Assembly (NCBI GenBank): GCA_002269645.1
Contig: NIVC01002063.1
Location: 144,257 to 208,256, forward strand
Reading direction: 5' to 3'
DNA length: 64,000 nucleotides
Source: Macrostomum lignano
Taxonomy: Eukaryota
Translations under genes and position numbers: made by a program
Notes under the pieces: model-generated
Databases searched by the model: none
Told to the model about the DNA's origin: nothing
Seen by the model: only the letters and a program-made list of their open reading frames with translations
Shown: positions 22,660-35,392 of the stretch, piece by piece
Position numbering within the stretch: the first letter of the stretch is position 1
Layout: every line of letters begins with the position of its first letter

Positions 22660-24997
22660 AGGACTGGAAACCCACTAAATAACCATAGATCAGGGACTGG
22701 AAAACCCTGCACTAAATGACCATAGATCAGGGACTGGAAAATCCTGCACTAATTAACCATCGATCATGGACTGGAAACCCTGCACTAAATAACCATAGAT
22801 CAGGGATTGGAAACCCTGCACTAAATAACCATAGATCAAGGACTGGAAACCCTGCACTAAATAACCATCGATCAGGGACTGGAAACCCTGCACTAAATAA
22901 CCATCGATCAGGGACTGGAAACCCTGCACTAAATGACCATAGATCAGGGACTGGAAACCCTGCACTAAATAACCATAGATCAGGGACAGGAAACCCTGCA
23001 CTAAATAACCATAGATCAGGGACAGGAAACCCTGCACTAAATAACCATAGATCAGGGACTGGAAACCCTGCACTAAATAACCATCGATCAGGGACTGGAA
23101 ACCCTGCACTAATTAATCATAGATAAGGAACTGAAAACCCTGCACTAAATAACCATCGATCAGGGACTGGAAACCCTGCACTAAATAACCATAGATCATG
23201 GACTGGAAACCCTGCACTAATTAACCATAGATAAGGAACTGAAAACCCTGCACTAAATAACCATAGATCAGGGACAGGAAACCCTGCACTAAATAACCAT
23301 AGATCAGGGACTGGAAACCCTGCACTAAATAACCATAGATCATGGACTGGAAACCCTGCACTAAATAACCATAGATCAGGGACTGGAAACCCTGCACTAA
23401 ATAACCATAGATCAGGGACAGGAAACCCTGCACTAAATAACCATAGATCAGGGACTGGAAACCCTGCACTAAATAACCATCGATCAGGGACTGGAAACCC
23501 TGCACTAATTAATCATAGATAAGGAACTGAAAACCCTGCACTAAATAACCATCGATCAGGGACTGGAAACCCTGCACTAAATAACCATAGATCATGGACT
23601 GGAAACCCTGCACTAATTAACCATAGATAAGGAACTGAAAACCCTGCACTAAATAACCATAGATCAGGGACAGGAAACCCTGCACTAAATAACCATAGAT
23701 CAGGGACTGGAAACCCTGCACTAAATAACCATAGATCATGGACTGGAAACCCTGCACTAATTAACCATAGATAAGGAACTGAAAACCCTGCACTAAATAA
23801 CCATAGATCAGGGACAGGAAACCCTGCACTAAATAACCATAGATCAGGGACTGGAAACCCTGCACTAAATAACCATAGATCATGGACTGGAAACCCTGCA
23901 CTAAATAACCATAGATCAGGGACTGGAAACCCTGCACTAAATAACCATCGATCAGGGACTGGAAACCCTGCACTAAATAACCATAGATCATGGACTGGAA
24001 ACCCTGCACTAATTAACCATAGATAAGGAACTGAAAACCCTGCACTAAATAACCATAGATCAGGGACAGGAAACCCTGCACTAAATAACCATAGATCAGG
24101 GACTGGAAACCCTGCACTAAATAACCATAGATCATGGACTGGAAACCCTGCACTAAATAACCATAGATCAGGGACTGGAAACCCTGCACTAAATAACCAT
24201 AGATCAGGGACTGGAAACCCTGCACTAAATAACCATAGATCAGGGACAGGAAACCCTGCACTAAATAACCATAGATCAGGGACTGGAAACCCTGCACTAA
24301 ATAACCATCGATCAGGGACTGGAAACCCTGCACTAATTAATCATAGATAAGGAACTGAAAACCCTGCACTAAATAACCATCGATCAGGGACTGGAAACCC
24401 TGCACTAAATAACCATAGATCATGGACTGGAAACCCTGCACTAATTAACCATAGATAAGGAACTGAAAACCCTGCACTAAATAACCATAGATCAGGGACA
24501 GGAAACCCTGCACTAAATAACCATAGATCAGGGACTGGAAACCCTGCACTAAATAACCATAGATCATGGACTGGAAACCCTGCACTAATTAACCATAGAT
24601 AAGGAACTGAAAACCCTGCACTAAATAACCATAGATCAGGGACAGGAAACCCTGCACTAAATAACCATAGATCAGGGACTGGAAACCCTGCACTAAATAA
24701 CCATAGATCATGGACTGGAAACCCTGCACTAAATAACCATAGATCAGGGACTGGAAACCCTGCACTAATTAACCATAGATAAGGAACTGAAAACCCTGCA
24801 CTAAATAACCATAGATCAGGGACTGGAAACCCTGCACTAAATAACCATAGATCATGGACTGGAAACCCTGCACTAATTAACCATAGATAAGGAACTGAAA
24901 ACCCTGCACTAAATAACCATAGATCAGGGACTGGAAACCCTGCACTAAATAACCATAGATCAGGGACTGGAAACCCTGCACTAAATAACCATAGACT
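22660..24997. repeat. 2.3-kb satellite of a 36-bp unit (AACCCTGCACTAAATAACCATAGATCAGGGACTGGA), ~65 copies
   Basis: Read directly. It produces 12-aa periodic ORFs (NPALNNHRSGTG). A recurrent variant unit ATTAACCATAGATAAGGAACTGAAA is present. Confidence 0.98.
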
Positions 24998-25380
24998 GAA
25001 AACCCACGATCAGCGCTAGATATACAAAATAATTGTTCCAGTCTGTGTACTCTACCAATCCTTGAGAGCCAAGTGTGTACATGAGTAAGCTAGGAAGTTC
25101 CAAGGAAAATAGTCGCAAAGTCGCAAACTAGTGTAGTTTACCAACCCACACAATTCTGTCAAAACAATTTATAGCCTACGCACTCACGTAATATGTCTGC
25201 GCTGTCATTATTTCCAGTTTTTTCAAGCCGAGAACTTTATCATCTACTAAAACTATGGGCAGATTGAGAAAAAGCTACTCAAAATATATTGTCCCATAGT
25301 AAAAGGAACACACGAATGCAACGAAAGGATTGCTACAGGCATTTTCGAGGACCTCACACAGCATATGGCCAACGCGCAGT

Positions 25381-25504
<124 letters not shown>

Positions 25505-25700
25505 ATCGGGCCACTTTTTTCCTTTCTCGGCTGTCCAACGACAGATCCGATCGAATCACTTCCGCTTAATAGAGTCGTCTCAGCATTGTATATAGCATAG
25601 AAAATGAGATCCTTGAGCAAGGAGTTTGCTTACCGAATTGTTCAAAGGCAGGAAGCCTATATTTTACGTATTGGAAATTATTGAAAAACATCTCAAAGAA

Positions 25701-27067
25701 ATGTACCTGGAGCTGTTCAACGCCCTGACCTTCAGCTTAGGCGTTATTCTGATCGCTACTGGTTACTTCTTGATCGGTCAGAAATCACAGGTGTACGATC
25801 TATACGGTCCGACCTTTCCCATGGCACTGCTGATTGTCATATCGATTGGTATTACAATTGCCGCTGTGGTGTCTGACACTTCGTTTTATAAGAGTAGCTC
25901 TTCGGCTGGTAGCTGTCAGGTGAGTGTGAGAAATATAACTGACAGCCAACTACCATAGCAACAAATATGGGTAGCAGCCAATATGCATAGCAACCAATAT
26001 GCATGGCAACCAATATCATAGCAACCACTATGCATAGCAAACAAAATGCATAGCAAACAAAATGCATAGCAACCAATATGCATAGCAACCAATAGGTATA
26101 GCAACCAACATACATATCAACCAGTATGCGCAGGAACCAACGTGCATAGCAATTAATATGCATAGCAATCAATATGCAAATAGCAACCAATATGCATAGC
26201 AACTAATTTGCATAGCAACCAATATACATAGCCACCAATATGCATAGCAACCAATATGCATATAGCAACCAATATGCATAGCAACCAATATGCATATAGC
26301 AACCAATAGACATAGCAACCAATAGGCATAGCAACCAACATACAGTACATAGCAACCAACATGAATAGCAACCAATAGGCATAGCAACCAACATGAATAG
26401 CAACCAATATTCGTAACAACTAATGCGCATGGCAACCAAAAACGTAAACCAAATGGTATGCATAGGAACAAAATAATTCTATCAACCAATTCACATAGCA
26501 ACCATCGGATATCTTGCGCATATTACTTACCTTCTTCCGCAGATTCTAATCTTCATCCTATTGATAGTGCTCATACTCAGCCTGGAGCTGTCGGCGGCCG
26601 TAGCCGGACTCGCCCTGCCAGACTACATCCGCAGCATCGCCAGCCGAAACATCCAGCAGCAGATGGCCAACTATCCGAAAGCCAACGCTAGCGCCTCCTT
26701 TGCCGACGGTCGCGAACCCTGGATCGATGTGGTGCAGCGCAGCTTTGGGTGCTGCGGTTTAAACGGCTCGTCGGACTGGTTGCGTCATCAAGCTCGACCG
26801 CCGGCAAGTTGTTGCACAACGCGGGTGAGTCAGTCCACGCCTGTGACAGGCTGCAACGCCAGCAGTGTGCACTCGGCCGGATGCGATGACGTCATTAAAG
26901 CTTGGCTCACTGGCGAAGTTCGCGTATTCGCTGGCATCGCCGCTGGCATCTGCTTGCTGCAGTTGGTCAGCGTGGGAGCGATGCTTTATAAAAAGTCTAC
27001 CTGGCGACCGAAACTGTTGCCGACTGAGGTAGAAACTAAGGCTGACTTAGTTGATGGCACTCGTTGA
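25701..27067 (+). CDS. Divergent tetraspanin, 2 exons, ~247 aa
   Basis: Exons 25701-25919 and 26543-27067 (GT-AG, phase 0). Four hydrophobic helices. The large extracellular loop has QRSFGCCG, DW, PPASCC and two GC motifs (6 Cys); TM3 has the polar LEL and TM4 the LLQL motif. The start codon is less certain. Confidence 0.88.
25950..26500. repeat. Degenerate ~16-bp minisatellite (GCATAGCAACCAATAT) in tetraspanin intron
   Basis: ATAGCAACCAA core recurs throughout. Confidence 0.9.
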
Positions 27068-27109
27068 TTGAAGCTGATTGAGTTTGGTACTATTTTGTGG
27101 AATTTTCAT

Positions 27110-27500
27110 CTAATTCCCTGTGGGGGGCAGTTGGGCTAGTCCACTTTACTAATTTTCTGAAATATGTACAAACGGGCCTAAAGATCGTCTTAATCGATTC
27201 GATCTGATCCCCTGTGGAGGGGCAGCTGGGCTAGTCTACTTACTATACTAATGTTCTGAAATTTGCACAAGCGGGCCTAAGACTCTTCGATTCAATCTGA
27301 TCTCCTGTGGAGGGGCAGCTGGGTTAGTCCACTTTACTAACTTTCTGAAATTGCACAAACTGGCCTAAGAGTCTTAATCGATTCAATCTGATCCCCTGTA
27401 GAGGGGGGCAGCTGGCTAGTCTACTATACTAATATTCTGAAATTTTTACGAACGGGCCTAAGACTCTTCGATTCAATATGATCACTGTGGAAGGCCAGTT
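27110..27500. repeat. ~92-bp tandem repeat, ~4.3 copies, just 3' of the tetraspanin stop
   Basis: The pattern CCCTGTGGAGGGGCAG...TTCTGAAA...GGCCTAAGA...GATTC recurs near 27116, 27210, 27303, 27394 and 27484. Confidence 0.88.
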
Positions 27501-28166
27501 GGACTAAGTCAAGTAAGGTACAAGTTTAGTAGCTCGTAAATTGCTATACTGAAGAAACATATAAGCGTAATTTATTGACAATATTTTCAATGGAGATAAT
27601 GTACTAAAAAACGCGTTGCTGATCCTTTGGCGATTTTTACATCCCTACATTTATATAATTAATTACCACTAAAAAGTACATTGTTTTGTTTGTTATCGGC
27701 GCTGGTAAATGCTATATGTTTCAGCGGTGAAATTTTAATGTTGAAAAAATTGGTGACGGTACTAACTAACTGGCTTTGTTCTCGGTTCTGAATTATTTTT
27801 GTTGTAAAGAAATGTGACATTCAAATAATGAACACAATAAATTTTAAATTAGTAGCCAAACATTAATTAAATTTAGAATACGTGACAGAGGCACAAATAT
27901 CAGATCTTTCACATATTTATTACGCCTCATGAATAAATATTCCAATGGTTAATGAGCACTTAAAAAATTGTGTCACAATCAGTTTACAGCAACGAGTAAG
28001 TATAGTGTTACAATTTTGTTATTTGTATTGAAAAAATAATTGGCTTTAAAGCTAAAACGTTTAAATGGGTCGACTTTAATTATCGTCTAATAAATATTAA
28101 CTTAAAAATAATACCTCCCTTGAACTCGAAGTCTCATATCAGAAAATTCGAACGGTGCAATTTTAA

Positions 28167-31100
28167 TCACGGCGAAGGCGTTTTGTAGACAATGAAGATG
28201 TGCTTTCCGTAGCGGAATACGAATGAGTAGCCGGGCTCGTGTCCGTAGTAGCACCAGAACTCGCCGTTGACCACGACCACGTGCCACAGGAAGCCGAGCT
28301 TGCTGTCTAGCTGGTTCTTGATCCACTTGGGCGCGTCCTGATAAATTGTATGTATAGATTAAAATTTGGTAAGTCAGCAATGTACATTTAATATTGCAGG
28401 AAATGTTCATTGATCATTACAGGCAATGTAAATTTCAAACGGGCCACTTAAATAGTGAACAACAATTAGCGAAAAGAAATTTAAATTGTACTTAGTTGTA
28501 CATTTTACTGAACATAATACGAACAGTTTCGGTATAGGCAGTACCAATATAACTGTGATATATAATGGAGTCACTGAGCAGCTGTGGGTCAGGTAATCAG
28601 GGCTTGCCAAAAGGCGTTAGAATTGACCACTGCAAACAAAGTTGCTCGTATATTTTAGTGCGAGTATATCTATCATCAATCGTATCTATAATCAATCGTA
28701 TCCATGATCAATCGTATCTATGATCGATCGTATCTATGATCAATCGTATCTATGATCAATCGTATCTATGATCAATCGTATCTATGATCAATCGTATCTA
28801 TGATCAACCGTATCTATGATCAACCGTATCTATGATCAACCGTATCTATGACCAATCGTATCTATGATCAATCGTATCTATGATCAATCGTATCTATGAT
28901 CAATCGTATCTATGATCAATCGTATCTATGATCAATCGTATATATGATCAATCGTGTCTATGATCAATCGTATCTATGATCAATCGTATCTATGATCAAT
29001 CGTATCTATGATCAATCATATTTATGATCAACCGTATCTATGATCAATCGTATCTATGATCAATCGTATCTATGATCAATCGTATCTATGATCAATCGTA
29101 TCTATGATCAATCGTATCTATGATCAACCGTATCTATGATCAATCGTATCTATGATCAATCATATTTATGATCAACCGTATCTATGATCAATCGTATCTA
29201 TGATCAATCGTATCTATGATCAATCGTATCTATGATCAATCGTATCTATGATCAATCGTATCTATGATCAATCGTATCTATGATCAATCGTATATATGAT
29301 CAATCGTATCTATGATCAATCGTATCTATGATCAATCGTATCTATGATCAATCATATTTATGATCAACCGTATCTATGATCAATCGTATCTATGATCAAT
29401 CGTATCTATGATCAATCGTATCTATGATCAATCGTATCTATGATCAATCGTATCTATGATCAATCATATTTATGATCAACCGTATCTATGATCAATCGTA
29501 TCTATGATCAATCGTATATATGATCAATCGTATCTATGATCAATCGTATCAACGATCAATCGTATCTGTGATCAATCGTATCTGTTTATTCAAAGGATCA
29601 TAATAAATTCAAAATTCGCAAACTAAATGACGCCGATACAAATTAGTTTTATCGTTTAAGAGATGAATACAAAGTAACCAATGCTATTTTAAGCTGAAGG
29701 ACACCAAGCACTTCGCTATAGACAGCTGGAAGGAATTAAAAAGCTTATTTAAACTCGGCAACTCTAAGTGCCAGGCTTATAAATTTCATAGGATCGTCCA
29801 ATTCGAAGAGCAATGAGATCAAATTCAGACACGAGGGACAGACTATCTTGATTGCTCAGAACTCTGGAGTGACCGTGACGGACCTGAGCGGCTTGAAGTT
29901 GGTTCAAATCAAACCGAAAAGTCAAGTCAAGGGACTGGGCTACTACAAATCCAACACTGTATATAAGCTGCTATGACCAAGTTGCCGACTTTGACACGGA
30001 CACCGGAGAGATGAAGCATCTCACAAAGCCGATGTGGTACAATAATTCCGAGCTAGGCAACCTGGTCATTTATGACAATCACTTGCTAGTGATAGACCTT
30101 CAGCAAAAACAGGTGCTCAGGTTGCGTAAGCACATCCACACCGATGCTGATGCTGAACATCCTGCGATGACGTCACTTCCGCTCTGCAGCCCTCCTGAAG
30201 ACACTGAGAGTACTGCTTGTGCATGTTCTTTCAATTGTTTGTTGCTTCGTCCGGATATGCATTAAGCCGATGTATCATTCAGGTTGGGTAATTTTATTAG
30301 ACAGCCTGAGTTTTTCACATTGGAAGCTGAGACGACTCTTTCTGATTGATAAAAAAGTGATTTAAAAACGCTTGGAAAAAGCACAGTTAAAATAGATTGC
30401 AAACAGGCATTTGCGCAAGGTGAAGGAATATTGATGCAGTGATAATGCAGTGATTGATTTTGCAGTGATGAAGCAGGGATGAAGCAAGTGATGATGCAGT
30501 GATAATGCAGTGATTGATTTTGCAGTGATGAAGCAGGGATGAAGCAAGTGATGATGCAGTGATGATGCAGTGATGATGCAGTGATGATGCAGTGATGATG
30601 CAGTGATGATGCAGTGATGATGCAGTGATGATGCAGTGATGATGCAGTGATGATGCAGTGATGATGCAGTGATGATGCAGTGATGATGCAGTGATGATGC
30701 AGTGATGATGCAGTGATGATGCAGTGATGATGCAGTGATGATGCAGTGATGATGCAGTGATGATGCAGTGATGATGCAGTGATGATGCAGTGATGATGCA
30801 GTGATGATGCAGTGATGATGCAGTGCTATTGTACGCATAGAATATAGCCTAAGCTGATGAACAGACAAGAAACAATAAAAATAAACTCGAACTCTCAGCA
30901 AACCTTCATATGCTGACTTAGCCGCAGGCCTTCAAGGCAGACCTCTGCCACAGTGGCCTGCATTGCCTGGTCCATGTCGCCCGAGATAAACTGCACCGAG
31001 TGACCGGAGTTTTCCTCGGGTCCCGAACTGCCTGCCGCCGACTTGGCCTGCAATTCTTGACGCCTGGAATGGCGATTTAAAAAATGACAGTAGTAAATAA

Positions 31101-31933
31101 AAATTTCAATAAAAGCATCAGGCATGGACACTACCAGCGCCTTGGAAGTTGGCGCATCTAAGCCAATTTTATTTTTGCAGCAAAATTTATAAATAATAAC
31201 CATAGAAGATAAAAACTTGCATGCTTTCAACATTGAGCCCGAGGGTGTCGCAAAACGACTGCAGATCGATCAGGCCGCTGTTATCGCTGTCCAATATTCG
31301 CATCCACTTCTGCGATTTCAGGGGCGAGGAAAGGCGCATTGATTGTTGTGCATGGAAACTGCACGGAGACAGGCCCTGAGACAGGCACTGAGACAGGCAC
31401 TGAGACAGGCACTGAGACAGGCACTGAGACAGGCACTGAGACAGGCACTGAGACAGGCACTGAGACAGGCACTGAGACAGGCACGGAGACAGGCACTGAG
31501 ACAGGCACTGAGACAGGCACGGAGACAGGCACGGAGACAGGCACTGAGACAGGCACTGAGACAGGCACGGAGACAGGCACTGAGACAGGCACTGAGACAG
31601 GCACGGAGACAGGCACTGAGACAGGCACTGAGACAGGCACGGAGACAGGCATTGAGACAGGCACTGAGACAGGCACGGAGACAGGCACTGAGACAGGCAC
31701 TGAGACAGGCACGAAGACAGGCACTGAGACAGGCACTGAGACAGGCACTGAGACAGGCACTGAGACAGGCACTGAGACAGGCACTGAGACAGACAAAGAC
31801 GCAGACAAAGACTCACCCGCACAAAGCTGTCATCGCTGCCCTGCTGCTTCATGTAGGCGGCCAAATCGTTAGTGGCGATTGCGCCTCGACCTTCGCGATC
31901 CACGGCCAGCCAGGCGTCCTTGAACCCGTCCAT
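28167..31933 (-). CDS. Tegumental-allergen-like (TAL) protein: N-terminal EF-hand pair + C-terminal dynein-light-chain-like domain, 4 exons, ~178 aa
   Basis: Exons 31933-31817, 31309-31221, 31063-30904 and 28337-28167. EF loops are [12 protein letters not shown] and [12 protein letters not shown]. The DLC-like part reads [13 protein letters not shown]...[49 protein letters not shown]. Intron 2 needs either a GC donor or a shifted acceptor (see findings). Confidence 0.9.
28672..29587. repeat. 16-bp minisatellite (GATCAATCGTATCTAT) in TAL intron 3
   Basis: About 57 copies read directly. Confidence 0.97.
29792..30150 (+). pseudogene. Frameshifted coding-like fragment (possible beta-propeller/NHL-like) nested antisense in TAL intron 3
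   Basis: A GC-richer island follows the acceptor-like TTTCATAG. The first frame [33 protein letters not shown]...[11 protein letters not shown] stops at 29974-29976. The +1 frame continues [20 protein letters not shown]...[23 protein letters not shown]. The family assignment is an impression only. Confidence 0.35.
30433..30826. repeat. 11-bp minisatellite (GCAGTGATGAT) in TAL intron 3
   Basis: Pure array at ~30550-30826, preceded by a duplicated 60-bp variant block. Confidence 0.95.
31365..31795. repeat. 12-bp minisatellite (CTGAGACAGGCA) in TAL intron 1
   Basis: About 36 copies. It explains the QALR/TETG/SQCL ORFs. Confidence 0.97.
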
Positions 31934-32249
31934 TTAGAAGTCTTTGTCGTAGTATTATTTTGTTAACGAAAATTGTATTAACTCAGCTGTCCCGCTTGGC
32001 ACTTGGAAGAAATGGGTTTAAACTGAGTTTTTATATACACGACAGCATCGCAACTGAGTTCATTGGCTGACCAATCTAACTAATGCTCAAATAAATTCTA
32101 CGAGTATATTTAAGGAGTTGAAGATGGAGACACTTCTTGTCAACATTTTCCGGTGCAGTGTGCCGTTTGTTTGCTGACTGAGTTGCGGCTATGCGGCGTC
32201 TTGCTGGGTTGGGCGACTGGGCATGGGTGAGCAGAATATTGGAATGCGC

Positions 32250-33320
32250 CTGGGATGGAATACCTCTCTCTACCTCTCCCACTCTCGGAGTCTCTCCCTC
32301 TCTCTCTCCTTCTCCCTCTCTCTCTCTCCCTCTTTCCCTCTCTCTCTCCCTCTCCCTCCCTCTTTCCCTGTCTCTCTCCTTCTCCCTCTCTCTCCCTCTC
32401 CCTCCCTCTTTCCCTCTCTCTCTCCTTCTCCCTCTCTCTCTCCCTCTCTCTCTCCCTCTCTCTCTCCCTCTCTCTCTCCCTCTCTCTCTCCCTCCCTCTC
32501 TCCCTCTCTCTCTCCTTCTCCCCTCGCTCTCCCTCTCTCTCTCCCTCTCTCTCCCTCCCTCTCTCCCTCCCTCTCTCCCTCTCTCTCTCCTTCTCCCTCT
32601 CTCTCTCCCCCTCTCTCTCTCCCTCTCTCCCTCTCTCCCCCTCTCTCCTTTTCTCTCTCTCTGCCCGCCCCTCTCTCTCTCCCCTCTCTACCACTCCCTC
32701 TCCCTTTCTCTCTCTATCTCACCCTCTCCCTCTTTCTCTCTCTCTCTCTCTGCCTCTCCCTTACCCTCTCCCTCTTTCTCTCCCACTCTCTCTTCATCTC
32801 CTCATCTCCATTTCCTTCTAGCTCTGCAGCTCCTCCCTTCTGCAGCTCTGCAGCTCAATCTGCGCCCACTGTTTTGCGCAATCTCGCTTTAGCCAACCGG
32901 TTTTGGAATTTAGAGTCTTGACTCATAGTTGATGTACTTACAGTATGCACATGCGCGGTCTCTCCCTCCCCCCCCCCACTTTTCGCTTATATTTATTTGT
33001 CTATTTATTTATTTGCTTCTCACCATAATTATATTCATTTTGCCCTGACGAAGAATTTCGTATTCGAAATATCGGCAACTAACTCCTTTTGAACTTTTTT
33101 GTTTGTCTTGGTGCTTTGCCGTGTCAGCGCCTTAGGGTTTGGAGGCTCTCCCTCTCTCTCCCTCTCTCCCTCTCTCTTTCCCTCTCTCTCCCTCTCTCTC
33201 CCTCTCTCCCTCTCTCTCTCTGCCTCTCCCTTACCCTCTCCCTCTTTCTCTCCCACTCCCTCTTCATCTCCCCATCTCCATTTCCTTCTAGCTCTGCAGC
33301 TCCTCCCTTCCGCAGCTCAT
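32250..33320. repeat. CT-rich low-complexity tracts (32250-32860, 33140-33320) including a ~105-bp direct duplication
   Basis: Polypyrimidine tracts. The segment TGCCTCTCCCTTACC...CTAGCTCTGCAGCTCCTCCCTTC occurs at ~32750 and ~33220. Confidence 0.9.
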
Positions 33321-33919
33321 CTGTTGCCCTATCTTTTTGTAATCAGCTCCTCAAAGCAATCCTGTGCCAGAGAATTTCTTTTTGCTAAAATTTCATCGAG
33401 CAATGATGCAATAAATGCAAGCCCAAAATGGTCCTGTGAATAATTTTCACAATGCATTCCATTCTTTTGTACTGATGGTCAATAATAAAATACAAAAGGC
33501 ACAGTTCTCAACAGCTGGTGTACGTGCCGTATCGCGATTAATACTATAAAATATGGGCCAGCATCAAAGTGCCGTCTCTTCATCATCATTATCTACCTTG
33601 GTGTTGACTCAAGCTTCTCGGGCCTGAGCAGGTTAGCTAACTAATCTGCAGATCTGTCTGATGTGATGAGACCACACACGAATATGCAAGCTGGCACAGG
33701 ACCTGCATGCAAGTAAATTCTCGTCGGAATATAAGCACTGCAATCTATTGACACAGAATAAGAATTTTTTATGGCTCTGATGAGCTGTGCCATATATAGG
33801 GGCTTGTCTTACTTGCTTGGCAATCGCTTGTTAATAATAAGCGAAGACTATATTCTGTCTTCAGTACTGACTTATTCCATGTCTAACACTAGATAGACAC
33901 ACCATTACAGCCTTTTCCG

Positions 33920-34570
33920 CCCCATCAGTCCTTGAGAATCTGACTCTCAGCTCCATCAGTCTTTGAGGATCTGCCACTCCGCTCCATCAGTCTCTGAGGA
34001 TCTGAATCTCAGCTCCATCAGTCTTTGAGGATCTGACTCTCAGCTCCATCAGTCTTTGAGGATCTGAATCTCAGCTCCATCAGTCTTTGAGGATTTGAAT
34101 CTCAGGATCTGAATCTCAGCTCCATCAGTCTCTGAGGATCTGAATCTCAGCTCCATCAGTCTTTGAGGATCTGAATCTCAGGATCTGAATCTCAGCTCCA
34201 TCAGTCTTTGAGGATCTGAATCTCAGGATCTGAATCTCAGCTCCATCAGTCTTTGAGGATCTGAATCTCAGGATCTGAATCTCAGCTCCATCAGTCTTTG
34301 AGGATCTGAATCTCAGGATCTGAATCTCAGCTCCATCAGTCTTTGAGGATCTGAATCTCAGGATCTGAATCTCAGCTCCATCAATCTTTGAGGATCTGAC
34401 TCTCAGCTCCATCAGTCTTTGAGGATCTGAATCTCAGCTCCATCAGTCTTTGAGGATCTGAATCTCAGGATCTGAATCTCAGCTCCATCAGTCTTTGAGG
34501 ATCTGAATCTCAGCTCCATCAGTCTCTGAGGATCTGAATCTCAGCTCCATCAGTCTTTGAGGATCTGCTT
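33920..34570. repeat. 31/45-bp minisatellite (GAGGATCTGAATCTCAGCTCCATCAGTCTTT +/- 14-bp internal duplication)
   Basis: Read directly. 45-bp units give the 15-aa periodic ORF 34125-34412. Confidence 0.93.
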
Positions 34571-35030
34571 CTCCCTCATCAAGTTTTTGTTTTTTTACAA
34601 TTTTTGTTTTCTTTCAAGTTTTTGTTCAGTATTTCACAAACAAAGGACAAAAGGTGGCCGTAAAATGTTTCAATACCTACTAAGCAGCAACTAAGTAGTA
34701 AGTCGAAAACGTCAGCTTTGAATTGAGAATACAGTTCTATAGGTTAGGTTTATAGAAATCTTTGCATTGGAGTTGCTAAAACATTGGAATTTACTTTCTG
34801 GGAGAATTCTGGTTGCGGCCAGCAGTTTGTAATCGTTTGGCAAACGTTTCAATTCGTAGCTTTAAAGTTTTATGAGCCAAATAATTAACTTAAATTCTTG
34901 GATTTTGTTTTAACTGTACTCACTACTAGCTAATTTAAATAGGGCAATGTAAAGCGAACTAGTGCGCAAAGTGAACAGAGAATGTATACGTGGATCCTGA
35001 AGTAAACACAGCTAGTGTTTAGTTTCGGGT

Positions 35031-35392
<362 letters not shown>

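Noticed and set aside
31187-33443. QALR/TETG/SQCL and SLSL/ERER repeat proteins
   Set aside because: Artefacts of the 12-bp repeat and CT microsatellites. The same holds for ORFs at 22716-24333, 45853-46509, 48369-48970, 49303-49785 and 51627-52719.
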